Origin: Elusimicrobiota bacterium
GTDB taxonomy: Bacteria; CG03; SLGR01; JAGXOG01
Reading direction: 5' to 3'
NCBI GenBank assembly: GCA_051745145.1
Contig: JBNJDT010000016.1
Span: 1 to 30,269, forward strand
DNA length: 30,269 nt
Part shown: positions 1 through 9,421 of the stretch, in pieces
Position numbering within the stretch: the stretch's first letter is position 1
How the letters are laid out: each line of letters starts with the position of its first letter
Translations under genes and position numbers: made by a program
Notes under the pieces: model-generated
Seen by the model: the letters and a program-made list of their open reading frames with translations, nothing else
Told to the model about the DNA's origin: nothing
The model's database searches: none

Positions 1-1935
1 AAATGCTGGCGCTGCTCTTCTAAAGTAGAACTTAAAATAAAAGAACAGTGGTATTTTAAAATTACCGAATACGCCCAGGAATTGCTTGAAGGGCTTGAAG
101 ATTTAGAGGGCTGGCCTGATGCTGTGAAATTACAGCAAAAAAATTGGATCGGTAGATCTAAGGGAACTGTCATAGATTTTAAGATAAAAGGAGAGGATAA
201 GAGTATCCCTGTTTTTACCACCCGGCCGGATACGCTCTACGGATCCACTTTTCTTCTTATGGCCGCTCAACACCCGGATGTAATGGAAATCGCCAGTGAA
301 AATAAAGAAAAGATTAAAAAATTTATAGATGAGACGGCTGCTGAAGATGCCCAGAATAAAGACGTAAAAGATAAACGGGGGGTATACCTGGGGACGGATG
401 CGGTTAATCCGGTAACCGGAAAAAATATACCTATTTATGTGGCCAATTTTGTATTTATGGAATACGGGACCGGAGCAATAATGTGTGTGCCGGCCCATGA
501 TCAGCGGGACTATGACTTTGCCAGAAAATATAATCTGGAAATTACAGAAGTAATCCGGGGGGAACAGGATTTCTCAAAGATAGACGGAGCCTACGAGGGG
601 GAAGGAGAACTGGTTAATTCGGGTGAATTTAACGGCCTTGATTCAAAAACTGCCCGCGAAAAGATAACAAAATATTTAAATAAAAAGGGTAAGGGTGAGA
701 AATCTGTGCAGTATAAATTAAGGGACTGGCTAATTTCCCGTCAAAGATACTGGGGCACCCCCATACCCGTAGTATACTGCGAAAATTGCGGTACGGTACC
801 TGTAAGGGAAGAAGATCTGCCCGTTGAATTGCCTGATGATGTTGAATTTACAGGTAAAGGAAATCCCTTAAAAACCAGCAGTAATTTTCAGAATGTTAAG
901 TGCCCCCGGTGCAATAAAAAGGCCCGACGGGAAACCGATACCATGGATACTTTTGTGGATTCTTCCTGGTACTTTTTAAGATATATAAATCCCAAAAACA
1001 GCGAACTACCCTTTAAAAAAGAAGATGTAAATGAATGGCTGCCGGTTGATCAATACATAGGGGGAATAGAGCATGCGGTTATGCATCTGCTTTACGCCCG
1101 CTTTTTTACCCGGGTTCTCAGAGATTTAGACCTTCTGGATTTTAATGAACCGTTCAAAAATTTATTGTGTCAGGGGATGGTATTAAAAGACGGGACCAAA
1201 ATGAGTAAGTCCCTGGGCAACGTGGTAGATCCCGAGAGAATTATTGAGGAATACGGTGCGGATACGGCCCGGTTATTTATTCTTTTCGCCGCTCCTCCCG
1301 AAAAGGATCTGGACTGGTCGGACGAGGCGTTAAAAGGAAGCTACAGATTTATAAAGCGGGTCTGGAATATGGTAGAGGAAGAAAAAGATTCTAAATATAT
1401 TTCTCAGCCGGGATTAGAGAAATCCGGCGGAGAAGGTGTAGATGATAAGTTTAAATTTTTAGTAAATAAAACAGTTAAAGAAGTGACCGAAGATATAACA
1501 CAGAGGAATCATTTTAATACGGCTATAGCCAAAATTATGGAATTTATGAATGAATTGAAAAATTACGAGCCGGGTTCTGCACAGAGAGCCGCCGGGATAA
1601 AAACAGCTGTAAGTTTATTGAGTCCTTTTATCCCCCATGCAGCAAATGAAATGTGGGAAAATATGGGGTTTGAAAAAAGTCTGGATAAAGTTGACTGGCC
1701 CCGGTTTGATAGAGAAGTATTGGAGAATAAAAAGCCCGATGTTGAAATTCCCATTACTATAAACGGTAAACTCAGAGCTAAGATCAAGGTTGACCCGGAT
1801 TTGGATAAAGAAAAAATAATGAAATTTGCAAAAGAGCACGAAAAAATTGTATCATATATAAAAGACAGGGAAATAGTTAAAGAAATATATGTTCCGGAAA
1901 AAATTATAAACTTTGTAGTTAAAGACAAGGAGTAA
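1..1935 (+). CDS. leuS: Leucine--tRNA ligase (5'-truncated by window edge)
   Basis: Frame is open from base 1 (KCWRC...QWYFKITEYAQELL), so the ORF-track start at 82 is internal. CP1 editing motifs FTTRPDT and GTGAIMCVPAHDQRD; DWLISRQRYWG; ETDTMDTF; KMSKS. Confidence 0.97.
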   Translation, partial: KCWRCSSKVELKIKEQWYFKITEYAQELLEGLEDLEGWPDAVKLQQKNWIGRSKGTVIDFKIKGEDKSIPVFTTRPDTLYGSTFLLMAAQHPDVMEIASENKEKIKKFIDETAAEDAQNKDVKDKRGVYLGTDAVNPVTGKNIPIYVANFVFMEYGTGAIMCVPAHDQRDYDFARKYNLEITEVIRGEQDFSKIDGAYEGEGELVNSGEFNGLDSKTAREKITKYLNKKGKGEKSVQYKLRDWLISRQRYWGTPIPVVYCENCGTVPVREEDLPVELPDDVEFTGKGNPLKTSSNFQNVKCPRCNKKARRETDTMDTFVDSSWYFLRYINPKNSELPFKKEDVNEWLPVDQYIGGIEHAVMHLLYARFFTRVLRDLDLLDFNEPFKNLLCQGMVLKDGTKMSKSLGNVVDPERIIEEYGADTARLFILFAAPPEKDLDWSDEALKGSYRFIKRVWNMVEEEKDSKYISQPGLEKSGGEGVDDKFKFLVNKTVKEVTEDITQRNHFNTAIAKIMEFMNELKNYEPGSAQRAAGIKTAVSLLSPFIPHAANEMWENMGFEKSLDKVDWPRFDREVLENKKPDVEIPITINGKLRAKIKVDPDLDKEKIMKFAKEHEKIVSYIKDREIVKEIYVPEKIINFVVKDKE

Positions 1936-1936
1936 A

Positions 1937-2473
1937 ATGGGAATTAGAAAAAAATTTTTTCAATTCGGTTTCTTTTTGTTATTTATGGGAGTGACCGGCT
2001 GCGGGGCTTATCAGCCAATGGAGATAGTTCCGGACAGTATCCAGAGCATCCGCATAAAACAGTTTAAAAATGAGACCGATCAAATAGACTTTTCCGAAAA
2101 ACTTACCGAGGAAGTTACAGACCAGTTTATAAGAGAGGGAAGATTAACGGTGAAAAATTCTGATAATGCTGATTCCATACTTGAAGGTACAATATACGAG
2201 TACAAAAAAATCCCCATTTCTTATGATGAAAATTTTATTACCGAAGAATACCGGTTGACTATGATAGTGAATTTAACTTATTATGATATGCAAAGAGAAG
2301 TAAAACTCTGGGAGGAAAAACGGGAGGATTATTCCGGGGGAATTGAAACTTCCGTAACTTACTATGTCGGTGATACTGAAGGTATTACTGAGACTGAAGA
2401 TGAAGCTTGGGAAAGACTTATTGAAAGGGCGTCTGAAAAAATTTTAAACAGGACCCTTTACGGATGGGAGTAG
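1937..2473 (+). CDS. lptE: LptE-family LPS assembly lipoprotein
   Basis: Lipoprotein signal with lipobox VTGC; conserved position between leuS and holA; 'F.N.T...E..LT..V...F' and 'AD.ILEG.I' patterns. Confidence 0.8.
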   Translation: MGIRKKFFQFGFFLLFMGVTGCGAYQPMEIVPDSIQSIRIKQFKNETDQIDFSEKLTEEVTDQFIREGRLTVKNSDNADSILEGTIYEYKKIPISYDENFITEEYRLTMIVNLTYYDMQREVKLWEEKREDYSGGIETSVTYYVGDTEGITETEDEAWERLIERASEKILNRTLYGWE

Positions 2474-3450
2474 CCGGTAAACTTAAAAAGGAAATATCCT
2501 CCGGAAAAATCCGACCTGCCTATTTACTTACCGGAGAAAATAACTATACCAAAGATGAGATAATAAAACTCCTCTTAGACCAGCTTAATAATAAGTACGG
2601 CAGTTGTGATCACATAAAAATGGATGGCAAAGATATTACAGTAGGAATTCTCCAGGAAGAGATTTTAACCGACACCCTTTTCGGAAAATGTAAATTTATA
2701 GTTGTTTCCAACGGCGGAAGATTATTTTCCTCTCCGGAATTTACAGATTTAGTAAGAGAAAAACTGCAAAAAAAAAGCCTTGCTCAAGCTCAGAACGTAC
2801 TTGTAATAAAGACTCAAAAAAAGCCCGGAAAAATAAAAAAGTCTCTTACTACGGAAGTGAAAACTCCCTATGAGAATAATTTACCGGGCTGGATTAAAAA
2901 GAAATTTCGGTCTCACGGAAAGAGTATAACTGAAGAGGGGGCAAATTTACTTTTATTTTTGTGTGGGCAGAATCTCTATAATTTAAATAACGAAATAGAA
3001 AAAATAGCCACAGCCTTTCCCGAAAAACAAAAAATTTTTATCGAAGAAGTGAAAAAAATTGCCGGTACTCATAAAAAAGAAGATATTTTTGGCTATCTGG
3101 ACGCTCTTGAAAAGAAAGAAGAAAAATTAGCGCTTTCACTGCTTGAAAATCTGCTTGAATATAATACAGATCCCATTAGAATAGTGGGAATGCTCAGATG
3201 GAAGATAGAAAAGTTAATAATTGGCCGTCAACTTATGAGGGAAGGTCTTTCTGAAAAGAAAATTATAAAAAAGATGGGATTAAATTATTATTTTAACCGG
3301 GGACTGTGCAGCAAATTAAAAAAGTTTACTGTAAAAGAACTTTTAAACAGCTACGATATGCTTCAAAAAACCGATGTTAAAATAAAAAACAGTTCAACGG
3401 ATAATGCAATTTTATTGGAACTGTTCAGTATAAAATTTATGAATTGTTGA
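2464..3450 (+). CDS. holA: DNA polymerase III delta subunit
   Basis: P.YLLTGE N-terminus, 'NEIEKI', 'IF.YLDAL', 'D.KIK' C-terminus; leuS-lptE-holA-rpsT synteny. Confidence 0.88.
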   Translation: MGVAGKLKKEISSGKIRPAYLLTGENNYTKDEIIKLLLDQLNNKYGSCDHIKMDGKDITVGILQEEILTDTLFGKCKFIVVSNGGRLFSSPEFTDLVREKLQKKSLAQAQNVLVIKTQKKPGKIKKSLTTEVKTPYENNLPGWIKKKFRSHGKSITEEGANLLLFLCGQNLYNLNNEIEKIATAFPEKQKIFIEEVKKIAGTHKKEDIFGYLDALEKKEEKLALSLLENLLEYNTDPIRIVGMLRWKIEKLIIGRQLMREGLSEKKIIKKMGLNYYFNRGLCSKLKKFTVKELLNSYDMLQKTDVKIKNSSTDNAILLELFSIKFMNC

Positions 3451-3712
3451 TTTTTTTTGCCAGACGGCTTTTTAACCTGGCAGCTTTATTAGAGTGATAT
3501 AAGCCTTTTGAAACAGCCCGGTCGATGTATTTAACTGCTTTGGGCTGAATTTCTTTAGCTTTTTGGATCTCGCCATTTTCAGCTGCTTCCCTGGCTTTCT
3601 TCAGATAAGTTCTGGCCCGGGAGCGCAGAGTCTTATTTTTTTCATACTTTTCTTTACTCTTTCTTGCTGCCTTTATAGCCTGTGTATGTCTACCTGTTGG
3701 TAATTTTGTCAT
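3437..3712 (-). CDS. rpsT: 30S ribosomal protein S20
   Basis: 91 aa basic protein with 'IDRAVSKGLYHSNKAARLKSRL'; RBS AAGGAGA upstream; convergent on holA. Confidence 0.96.
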   Translation of the reverse strand: MTKLPTGRHTQAIKAARKSKEKYEKNKTLRSRARTYLKKAREAAENGEIQKAKEIQPKAVKYIDRAVSKGLYHSNKAARLKSRLAKKINNS

Positions 3713-3753
3713 ATTTAAAAATTTCTCCTTTTATTAATTCTCTGTAGCTAATA

Positions 3754-3782
3754 TTTATATAAAAATAACGCGTAGTTGTCAA
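3754..3782 (-). promoter_or_regulatory. Sigma70-type promoter for rpsT
   Basis: Minus strand TTGACA (3782-3777), 17 bp spacer, TATAAA (3759-3754). Confidence 0.7.
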
Positions 3783-3826
3783 TGATTGATAATTATTTAA
3801 GTTATTGGAGGTGTTATAAAATATAT

Positions 3827-4861
3827 TCAGGGTGAATGGCGTATTATCCCTTTATTATTCTCAATGGTAATTTGTGTTTCATGAGGCTGGGAGAGGGAAA
3901 TTATTTTTTCCAGAACTTGTTGAGCTTCTTCTTGGGAAAATAATCCAGGTTTAAAATTTACCCGGAGGTTGTTTATATTAATGGGAATTATATGAGTGGA
4001 ATGGAGTTTTGATTTTCCGGCTGTTATTTGCATAAGTAGCCCCTCACTGACTTTATCGGAATAACTTCCAAAGATAAAATTTCCCAAGCTGTAAGCTATA
4101 ATACCGTCTTTATAAGTCTCCACGGACTGTATAACGTGGGGATGATGTCCAAATACAATATGGGCGCCGCTGTCAATGGCGGTCCGGGCCAGTTTTTTCT
4201 GATAGTCTTTGGGGGTTTCCATAAGTTCTTCACTCCAGTGAAAAGAGACAATTATAATATCGCATTTATTTACGATATTTTTTATATCCCTGGTAATATA
4301 TTTGTGTTGCCCAAAACTTGTTCCCGGTTTTTTTTCGTCGGCGTTAAACTCTAACGGCAAAGAATTGTTATAGGAAAGCAAAGCTACCTTGAAACCGTTT
4401 TTTTGTATGACGGCCGGCTTCCGGGCAGATTCTAAATTCTTACCCACGCCGCTGTATTTAATTTTATATTTTTCTAAGAGTTTAAGAGTATTTTTTACTC
4501 CCTTCCATCCAAAATCCATTATATGGTTATTGGCCAAAGAAAAAGCGTCAAACCCCCCGGCTTTTAATGAATGTATAATGTCAGTAGAACTTTTTAAAGT
4601 ATAAGTTTTATCCATAAAAGTTTCAGTGGATGTTGTAAGAGGAGTTTCTAAATTTCCGATTAAAATATCCCCCTCTTTTAATATATTATTTAAATCTTTA
4701 TAGGGATAAGAAGGTTCATTTACAAGAAAAGATTGGGCATGACCGCCCGGGTAGATATCCCCCGTTAAAAGTATTTTTATAGTATCCGTGCTTGCAGCCT
4801 GTAATTTTGGAGTAATTAGCACAAAAAGTATAAGTAATATTTTAAAAAAAGAATAAATCAT
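3827..4861 (-). CDS. CapA/PGA_cap family metallophosphatase-fold protein, exported
   Basis: Signal peptide; motifs TGD, GNLETP, SLANNHIMDFG, SFHW, GHHPHV, YSLGNF. Confidence 0.9.
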   Translation of the reverse strand: MIYSFFKILLILFVLITPKLQAASTDTIKILLTGDIYPGGHAQSFLVNEPSYPYKDLNNILKEGDILIGNLETPLTTSTETFMDKTYTLKSSTDIIHSLKAGGFDAFSLANNHIMDFGWKGVKNTLKLLEKYKIKYSGVGKNLESARKPAVIQKNGFKVALLSYNNSLPLEFNADEKKPGTSFGQHKYITRDIKNIVNKCDIIIVSFHWSEELMETPKDYQKKLARTAIDSGAHIVFGHHPHVIQSVETYKDGIIAYSLGNFIFGSYSDKVSEGLLMQITAGKSKLHSTHIIPININNLRVNFKPGLFSQEEAQQVLEKIISLSQPHETQITIENNKGIIRHSP

Positions 4862-4949
4862 TTTTTTTAATATACCATATTTATTTGAGTATATAAAATT
4901 TACCAGGTTGAATTACGTATATAAAATTACTAAAATATGAACTTAAATT

Positions 4950-5960
4950 ATGAATTTATTTATTTTAGCAATTACTGTAATTATAATTGGCAGCCTATTA
5001 TTTTTTATATTGAGATACATATTAAAAATAAAAAAAATAAAAACTGCCCGGGAAAATATTTTAAAAAAATCTGAGCCGAAATCCCTAAAACAGGTTCGGT
5101 TATATAAGCAGATAGTAAAAAAATACAATTTGAAGGGGAAACTGGAAAAAGATGATGAGAAAATAAGAGCCCGGGGTATTTATCTTTTATTTGATTTTTA
5201 TGATTCAAAGCCTAAAAATGAAAAGAATATAGAGGAAAGTATACGGTTCGGGGAAAGAATAAAAGAAAATTTTCGGGATTATCCTTTTTATGAAGATGTA
5301 TTATTTAAGCTGGGAAATATATATTTTTTTAATAATTTTAAATTTGAAAAAGCAAAAAATACCTATAAACAGTTAATTAATGATAAACCAGATACAAAAT
5401 GGAAAAATATCTGCCGGGTTAGAATTGATCTTATTGAAAATAATATCAGCGAAAAGGAAGCTTTAAGATTATATGTCACCGCAGAAAATTTTTTTGAAGA
5501 TGCTAAATTTAAAAAAGCGGCAGAGTATTTAAAAAAAATAATTAACAATTTTGACGATATAGAATTAAAAGCCCATGCCTACTACTTTTTGGGAGATATT
5601 TATTATTATAAATTGGAAAATTTTGAAGAAGCAAAGAAGAATTATATACCTGTTTATGAAAAGTTTTCAGTAGATCCCATCTCTAGAAATGCTATTTATA
5701 AAGTAGGGGAGATAAATCGTAAGAATAAAGATTGGAAGCAGACAATAGAGGTTTATAATAAATTTACCGAGATGTATCCCGATGCCCCGGTTGTTGAAGA
5801 TGCCTATTATTTTATTGGAGAAAGCTACTTAAATCTGGGACAGTTAAAAGCCGCGAAAAATTCTTTTAATTTAATACTGGGAGACTTTCCGGACAGTAAA
5901 TGGACTGATGTCATTTATCATAAAATAAAAGATATAAATAAGAGGTTAAAAAATGATTAG
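4950..5960 (+). CDS. Membrane-anchored tetratricopeptide-repeat protein (BamD/CpoB-like repeats)
   Basis: N-terminal hydrophobic helix; repeats of 'A.Y.LG..Y......A...Y......YP.S'. Confidence 0.8.
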   Translation: MNLFILAITVIIIGSLLFFILRYILKIKKIKTARENILKKSEPKSLKQVRLYKQIVKKYNLKGKLEKDDEKIRARGIYLLFDFYDSKPKNEKNIEESIRFGERIKENFRDYPFYEDVLFKLGNIYFFNNFKFEKAKNTYKQLINDKPDTKWKNICRVRIDLIENNISEKEALRLYVTAENFFEDAKFKKAAEYLKKIINNFDDIELKAHAYYFLGDIYYYKLENFEEAKKNYIPVYEKFSVDPISRNAIYKVGEINRKNKDWKQTIEVYNKFTEMYPDAPVVEDAYYFIGESYLNLGQLKAAKNSFNLILGDFPDSKWTDVIYHKIKDINKRLKND

Positions 5961-6963
5961 TATTAGAATTTTAATTGCTTCTTTACTAATAAGTATTTTA
6001 TTAACTTATGTAGTAAAGAAATTGGCTGAAAAACTAAGTTTTTATGATGTTCCTCATACCAGATTAAAAACTCATGACAAGCCAACTCCCTACGCCGGCA
6101 GCTCATTATGGGTTTCGTTTATGATTGTTCTTTTGGGACTGCGGATCTTCACTTCTTTTGAAACCGGGACTTTAAGACAGTTGAGGGGACTGGTATACGG
6201 GGGGACTTTGATGTTCGGTCTGGGGCTGCTGGATGACAAATATGATCTTGACTTTAAAATAAAACTATTAGTTCAAATAGCGGGGGCTTTAATACTGGCC
6301 TACTTTGATATTACTATTGAATTATTCAACAGTAATATTTTGAATATCGGGGTAAGTGTTTTCTGGGTTATTTTTATAGTTAATGCTGTAAATATTATTG
6401 ATGTACTGGACGGATTGTCGGTTGGAGTTTCGACCATAGCGGCGGCCGGTTTTTTTGCAGTTACTTTACCTGTGGAAAAAATATATGTTAATCTGGCGGC
6501 CCTGGCTCTTTTTGGAGTGCTGCTGGGGTTCTGGTTTTATAATAAACCGCCGGCAAAGGTTTTTATGGGGGATGCGGGAAGCTTATTTACCGGATTTGTT
6601 TTAGCGGCTTTATCTATGGGCGCCGATTACAGTAAAGTAAGTATTATTGGACTTTTTGCACCGTTTTTAATTTTAGGCATACCTATTTACGATACCGTTG
6701 TAGTGAGCATATTCAGATTGAAAAATAAACAGTCTATATTTTTGGGCTCTCAGGACCATTTTGCTTTAAGATTAAGCAAGGCGGGAATGTCTGCCTGGCA
6801 GATCGATATAATTTCTTACTGGATATCCATTATATTAACGTTTTCGGCAGTACTAATTACGGTTGTTCCCCAGGTTTATGGATTTATGATAATATCTGCA
6901 GTATTTATGTCGGGATTAATCGGGATAGGTTTTTTGAATTCTATTGATATAGAGGAGACATGA
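5953..6963 (+). CDS. MraY-family undecaprenyl-phosphate HexNAc-1-phosphate transferase (WecA/TagO-like)
   Basis: Polytopic membrane protein; H..PTP, GLLDD, NAVNIIDVLDGL, PAKVFMGDAGS, PIYDT, DH motifs. Confidence 0.9.
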   Translation: MISIRILIASLLISILLTYVVKKLAEKLSFYDVPHTRLKTHDKPTPYAGSSLWVSFMIVLLGLRIFTSFETGTLRQLRGLVYGGTLMFGLGLLDDKYDLDFKIKLLVQIAGALILAYFDITIELFNSNILNIGVSVFWVIFIVNAVNIIDVLDGLSVGVSTIAAAGFFAVTLPVEKIYVNLAALALFGVLLGFWFYNKPPAKVFMGDAGSLFTGFVLAALSMGADYSKVSIIGLFAPFLILGIPIYDTVVVSIFRLKNKQSIFLGSQDHFALRLSKAGMSAWQIDIISYWISIILTFSAVLITVVPQVYGFMIISAVFMSGLIGIGFLNSIDIEET

Positions 6964-8285
6964 AGGTTGTTATAATCGGTGCCGGATTAACCGGATTGAG
7001 GGCAGCCATACACCTGCAGGAAAAAGGGGCTGATACGGTGGTTCTGGAAAAGACTGACCGTCCCGGCGGGCTAACCCGAACGGAGACATCCGGTGATTTT
7101 AAGTTTGATTATACCGGACATTTTCTACATTTTAACAGTGACAGAATGAAAACTTATGTTAAGTCACTTTTTTCAGAATTTTCGGACAGAAAACTTTTAA
7201 AAGTAGAAAGAAATTCCCGGATATTTTTTCATGACCGGCTGGTTCCTTATCCTTTTCAATCCAATATAGGATATTTACCGACTGACGTTAAACGTGAATG
7301 TTTAGTTGAATTCTTTAAGAATTTAAAAAAGAATGAAACGGCTGGACGGGAAAAAGATAATTTTTATGAATGGCTGTATCAGCGTTTCGGAGAGGGTATA
7401 CTTAACCATTTTATGGTGCCCTATAATAAAAAATTATGGACGGTACATCCTAAAAAGCTTACCACCGAATGGATGTCCAGATTTGTTCCCCGGCCCCAAC
7501 CTGAAGAGGTAATTAAAGGTGCTCTGAAACAGAGAGATAAAAATGAAGGGTATAATGCTACTTTTTTTTATCCGGAAGACGGAATAGGAACCCTGCCCGA
7601 AATTTTAGATAAAAAAGCTCCTCCAGTTAATTACAGAGAAGAAGTTTTGAAGATTGATATTGATAATAAAAAAGTAAAAACTAACACCAAAAGTTATGAA
7701 TACGATTATTTAATTACAACTGTTCCTTTAAAAAATCTGGCAGACATAACTTCAGGTATACCTTCTAAAATTATGGAAAAATTTAAATTTTTAACATATT
7801 CTTCTCTATTAAATATAAATATTGGCTGGGATTCAGGACCTGGAGATTTAATAAGTCGGGATATTCACTGGCTATATTTTCCGAATCCCCAATATAAATT
7901 TTACAGGGTGGGTTTTCCTCCGGCGGTCTCCCGGAAAATGGCTCCCGAGGGCTGCTGGTCGGCTTATGTGGAAATCTCTTATTCTGAAAATAATTTTCCC
8001 GATCCTGAAAATTACGATAGTATTGTGAAAAAAGTTATAAAAAGTTTGCGGAATTTAAAGATAATTCCCGATTCGGCAGATATTATTAATAAACTTATTT
8101 TAAAGATAGAACCTTCATATGTTATTTACAATAAAAATTGGAATAATTCCCGGAATACTATTTTAAAATTTCTGGAACAGAAGGATATATTTACCGGCGG
8201 CAGATACGGTGGCTGGGAGTATTCAACGATGGAGGAAGCCCTTATACGGGGCGAGAAATTAGCTGAAAAATGCGTCCGAAAGTAG
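6960..8285 (+). CDS. FAD-dependent enzyme, UDP-galactopyranose mutase-like
   Basis: GAGLTG Rossmann motif, GG..RT, D.TGH, VPYPFQ.NI, FM.PYN.KLW, NATF.YP, WLYFP....FYR, GRYG.W.Y; lies between WecA and a glycosyltransferase. Confidence 0.7.
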   Translation: MKVVIIGAGLTGLRAAIHLQEKGADTVVLEKTDRPGGLTRTETSGDFKFDYTGHFLHFNSDRMKTYVKSLFSEFSDRKLLKVERNSRIFFHDRLVPYPFQSNIGYLPTDVKRECLVEFFKNLKKNETAGREKDNFYEWLYQRFGEGILNHFMVPYNKKLWTVHPKKLTTEWMSRFVPRPQPEEVIKGALKQRDKNEGYNATFFYPEDGIGTLPEILDKKAPPVNYREEVLKIDIDNKKVKTNTKSYEYDYLITTVPLKNLADITSGIPSKIMEKFKFLTYSSLLNINIGWDSGPGDLISRDIHWLYFPNPQYKFYRVGFPPAVSRKMAPEGCWSAYVEISYSENNFPDPENYDSIVKKVIKSLRNLKIIPDSADIINKLILKIEPSYVIYNKNWNNSRNTILKFLEQKDIFTGGRYGGWEYSTMEEALIRGEKLAEKCVRK

Positions 8286-9421
8286 TCCATATAATTACCA
8301 AACTGGAGCTTGGCGGCGCCCAGCAGAACACTCTTTATACGTTAGAACATCTGGATAAAGGATTAAAAGGGTTTTTAGTAACCGGACCGGGCGGAATTTT
8401 AAATGAAGAAGCTGTTAATAGTCCGGAGTATATAACTTCTTTTTGTCCGTTTTTAGTGAGAAAAATTAATCCTTTTTTTGATTTTTTAGCGTTTATCTGG
8501 CTGTTTTTTTATTTATTAGAACTCAAACCCCGTATAGTTCATACGCATTCTTCAAAAGCCGGAATACTGGCCAGGTGGGCGGCGTATTTAGCCGGGGTCC
8601 CCAAAATAATTCATACTTTTCACGGATTTGGTTTTACGCCTTTACAGCCGGTTACAGTTAAAAATTTCTTTGTGGAACTTGAAAGATTAACAGCCAAAAT
8701 TACGGATAAGCTTATAGCTGTATCTTATGCTAATATTTCCAGAGGGCTTGCCCATTACATAGGTACGGATGTAAAGTATAAAGTTATAAGGAGCGGTATT
8801 AATCCTGATATATTTGAAAAAAAGACCAGATTTGATAGTATTAAAGAAGAGTTGTCTATACCCCCGAAAAAGAAGTTAGTGGGCAACATATCGTGTTTTA
8901 AACCCCAGAAGGGGCTTCATAATTTTATCCGGGCCTGCAGCCGTTTAGCAAAAAAGGGGGACTATGAATTTATTCTTGTCGGAGATGGAGCACAGAGATT
9001 TGAATTAAAAGAACAGGCTATTCAATCGGGGATAAAAGAACAATTACATTTTTTAGGCTGGAGAGAAGATATACCAGATATACTTTCCGGAATAGATGTC
9101 TTACTTCACACAGCCTATTTTGAAGGGTTGCCCCGTGTTTTACTTGAAGCTATGGCCTCGGGAACTCCGGTGGTCGCCACTGCGGTTGACGGGGCTTTGG
9201 ATATCATAGAAGATGGGAAAAACGGGTTTTTAGTTGCCCCTGACAATATTGACAGGATGGTGGAAAAAACCTATAAATTATTAAAAGATGATAAGTTTAG
9301 AAAAAAGATTGCCCATAAATATAAAGAGAGTTTTAAGCCGGAATTTAATATAAAAACAATGTCGGATAATTTAAATAATTTGTATTTGAAATTAATTAAA
9401 AAAGGAGATAATAATGACTGA
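8270..9421 (+). CDS. Glycosyltransferase family 4 (GT-B)
   Basis: GGAQ, HTHSSKAG, HTFHG, KG, EGLPRVLLEAMASG motifs. Confidence 0.93.
   Translation: MRPKVVHIITKLELGGAQQNTLYTLEHLDKGLKGFLVTGPGGILNEEAVNSPEYITSFCPFLVRKINPFFDFLAFIWLFFYLLELKPRIVHTHSSKAGILARWAAYLAGVPKIIHTFHGFGFTPLQPVTVKNFFVELERLTAKITDKLIAVSYANISRGLAHYIGTDVKYKVIRSGINPDIFEKKTRFDSIKEELSIPPKKKLVGNISCFKPQKGLHNFIRACSRLAKKGDYEFILVGDGAQRFELKEQAIQSGIKEQLHFLGWREDIPDILSGIDVLLHTAYFEGLPRVLLEAMASGTPVVATAVDGALDIIEDGKNGFLVAPDNIDRMVEKTYKLLKDDKFRKKIAHKYKESFKPEFNIKTMSDNLNNLYLKLIKKGDNND

Noticed and set aside
3827..4861. Poly-gamma-glutamate capsule locus
   Set aside because: No capB/capC nearby; lone CapA-family genes are widespread.
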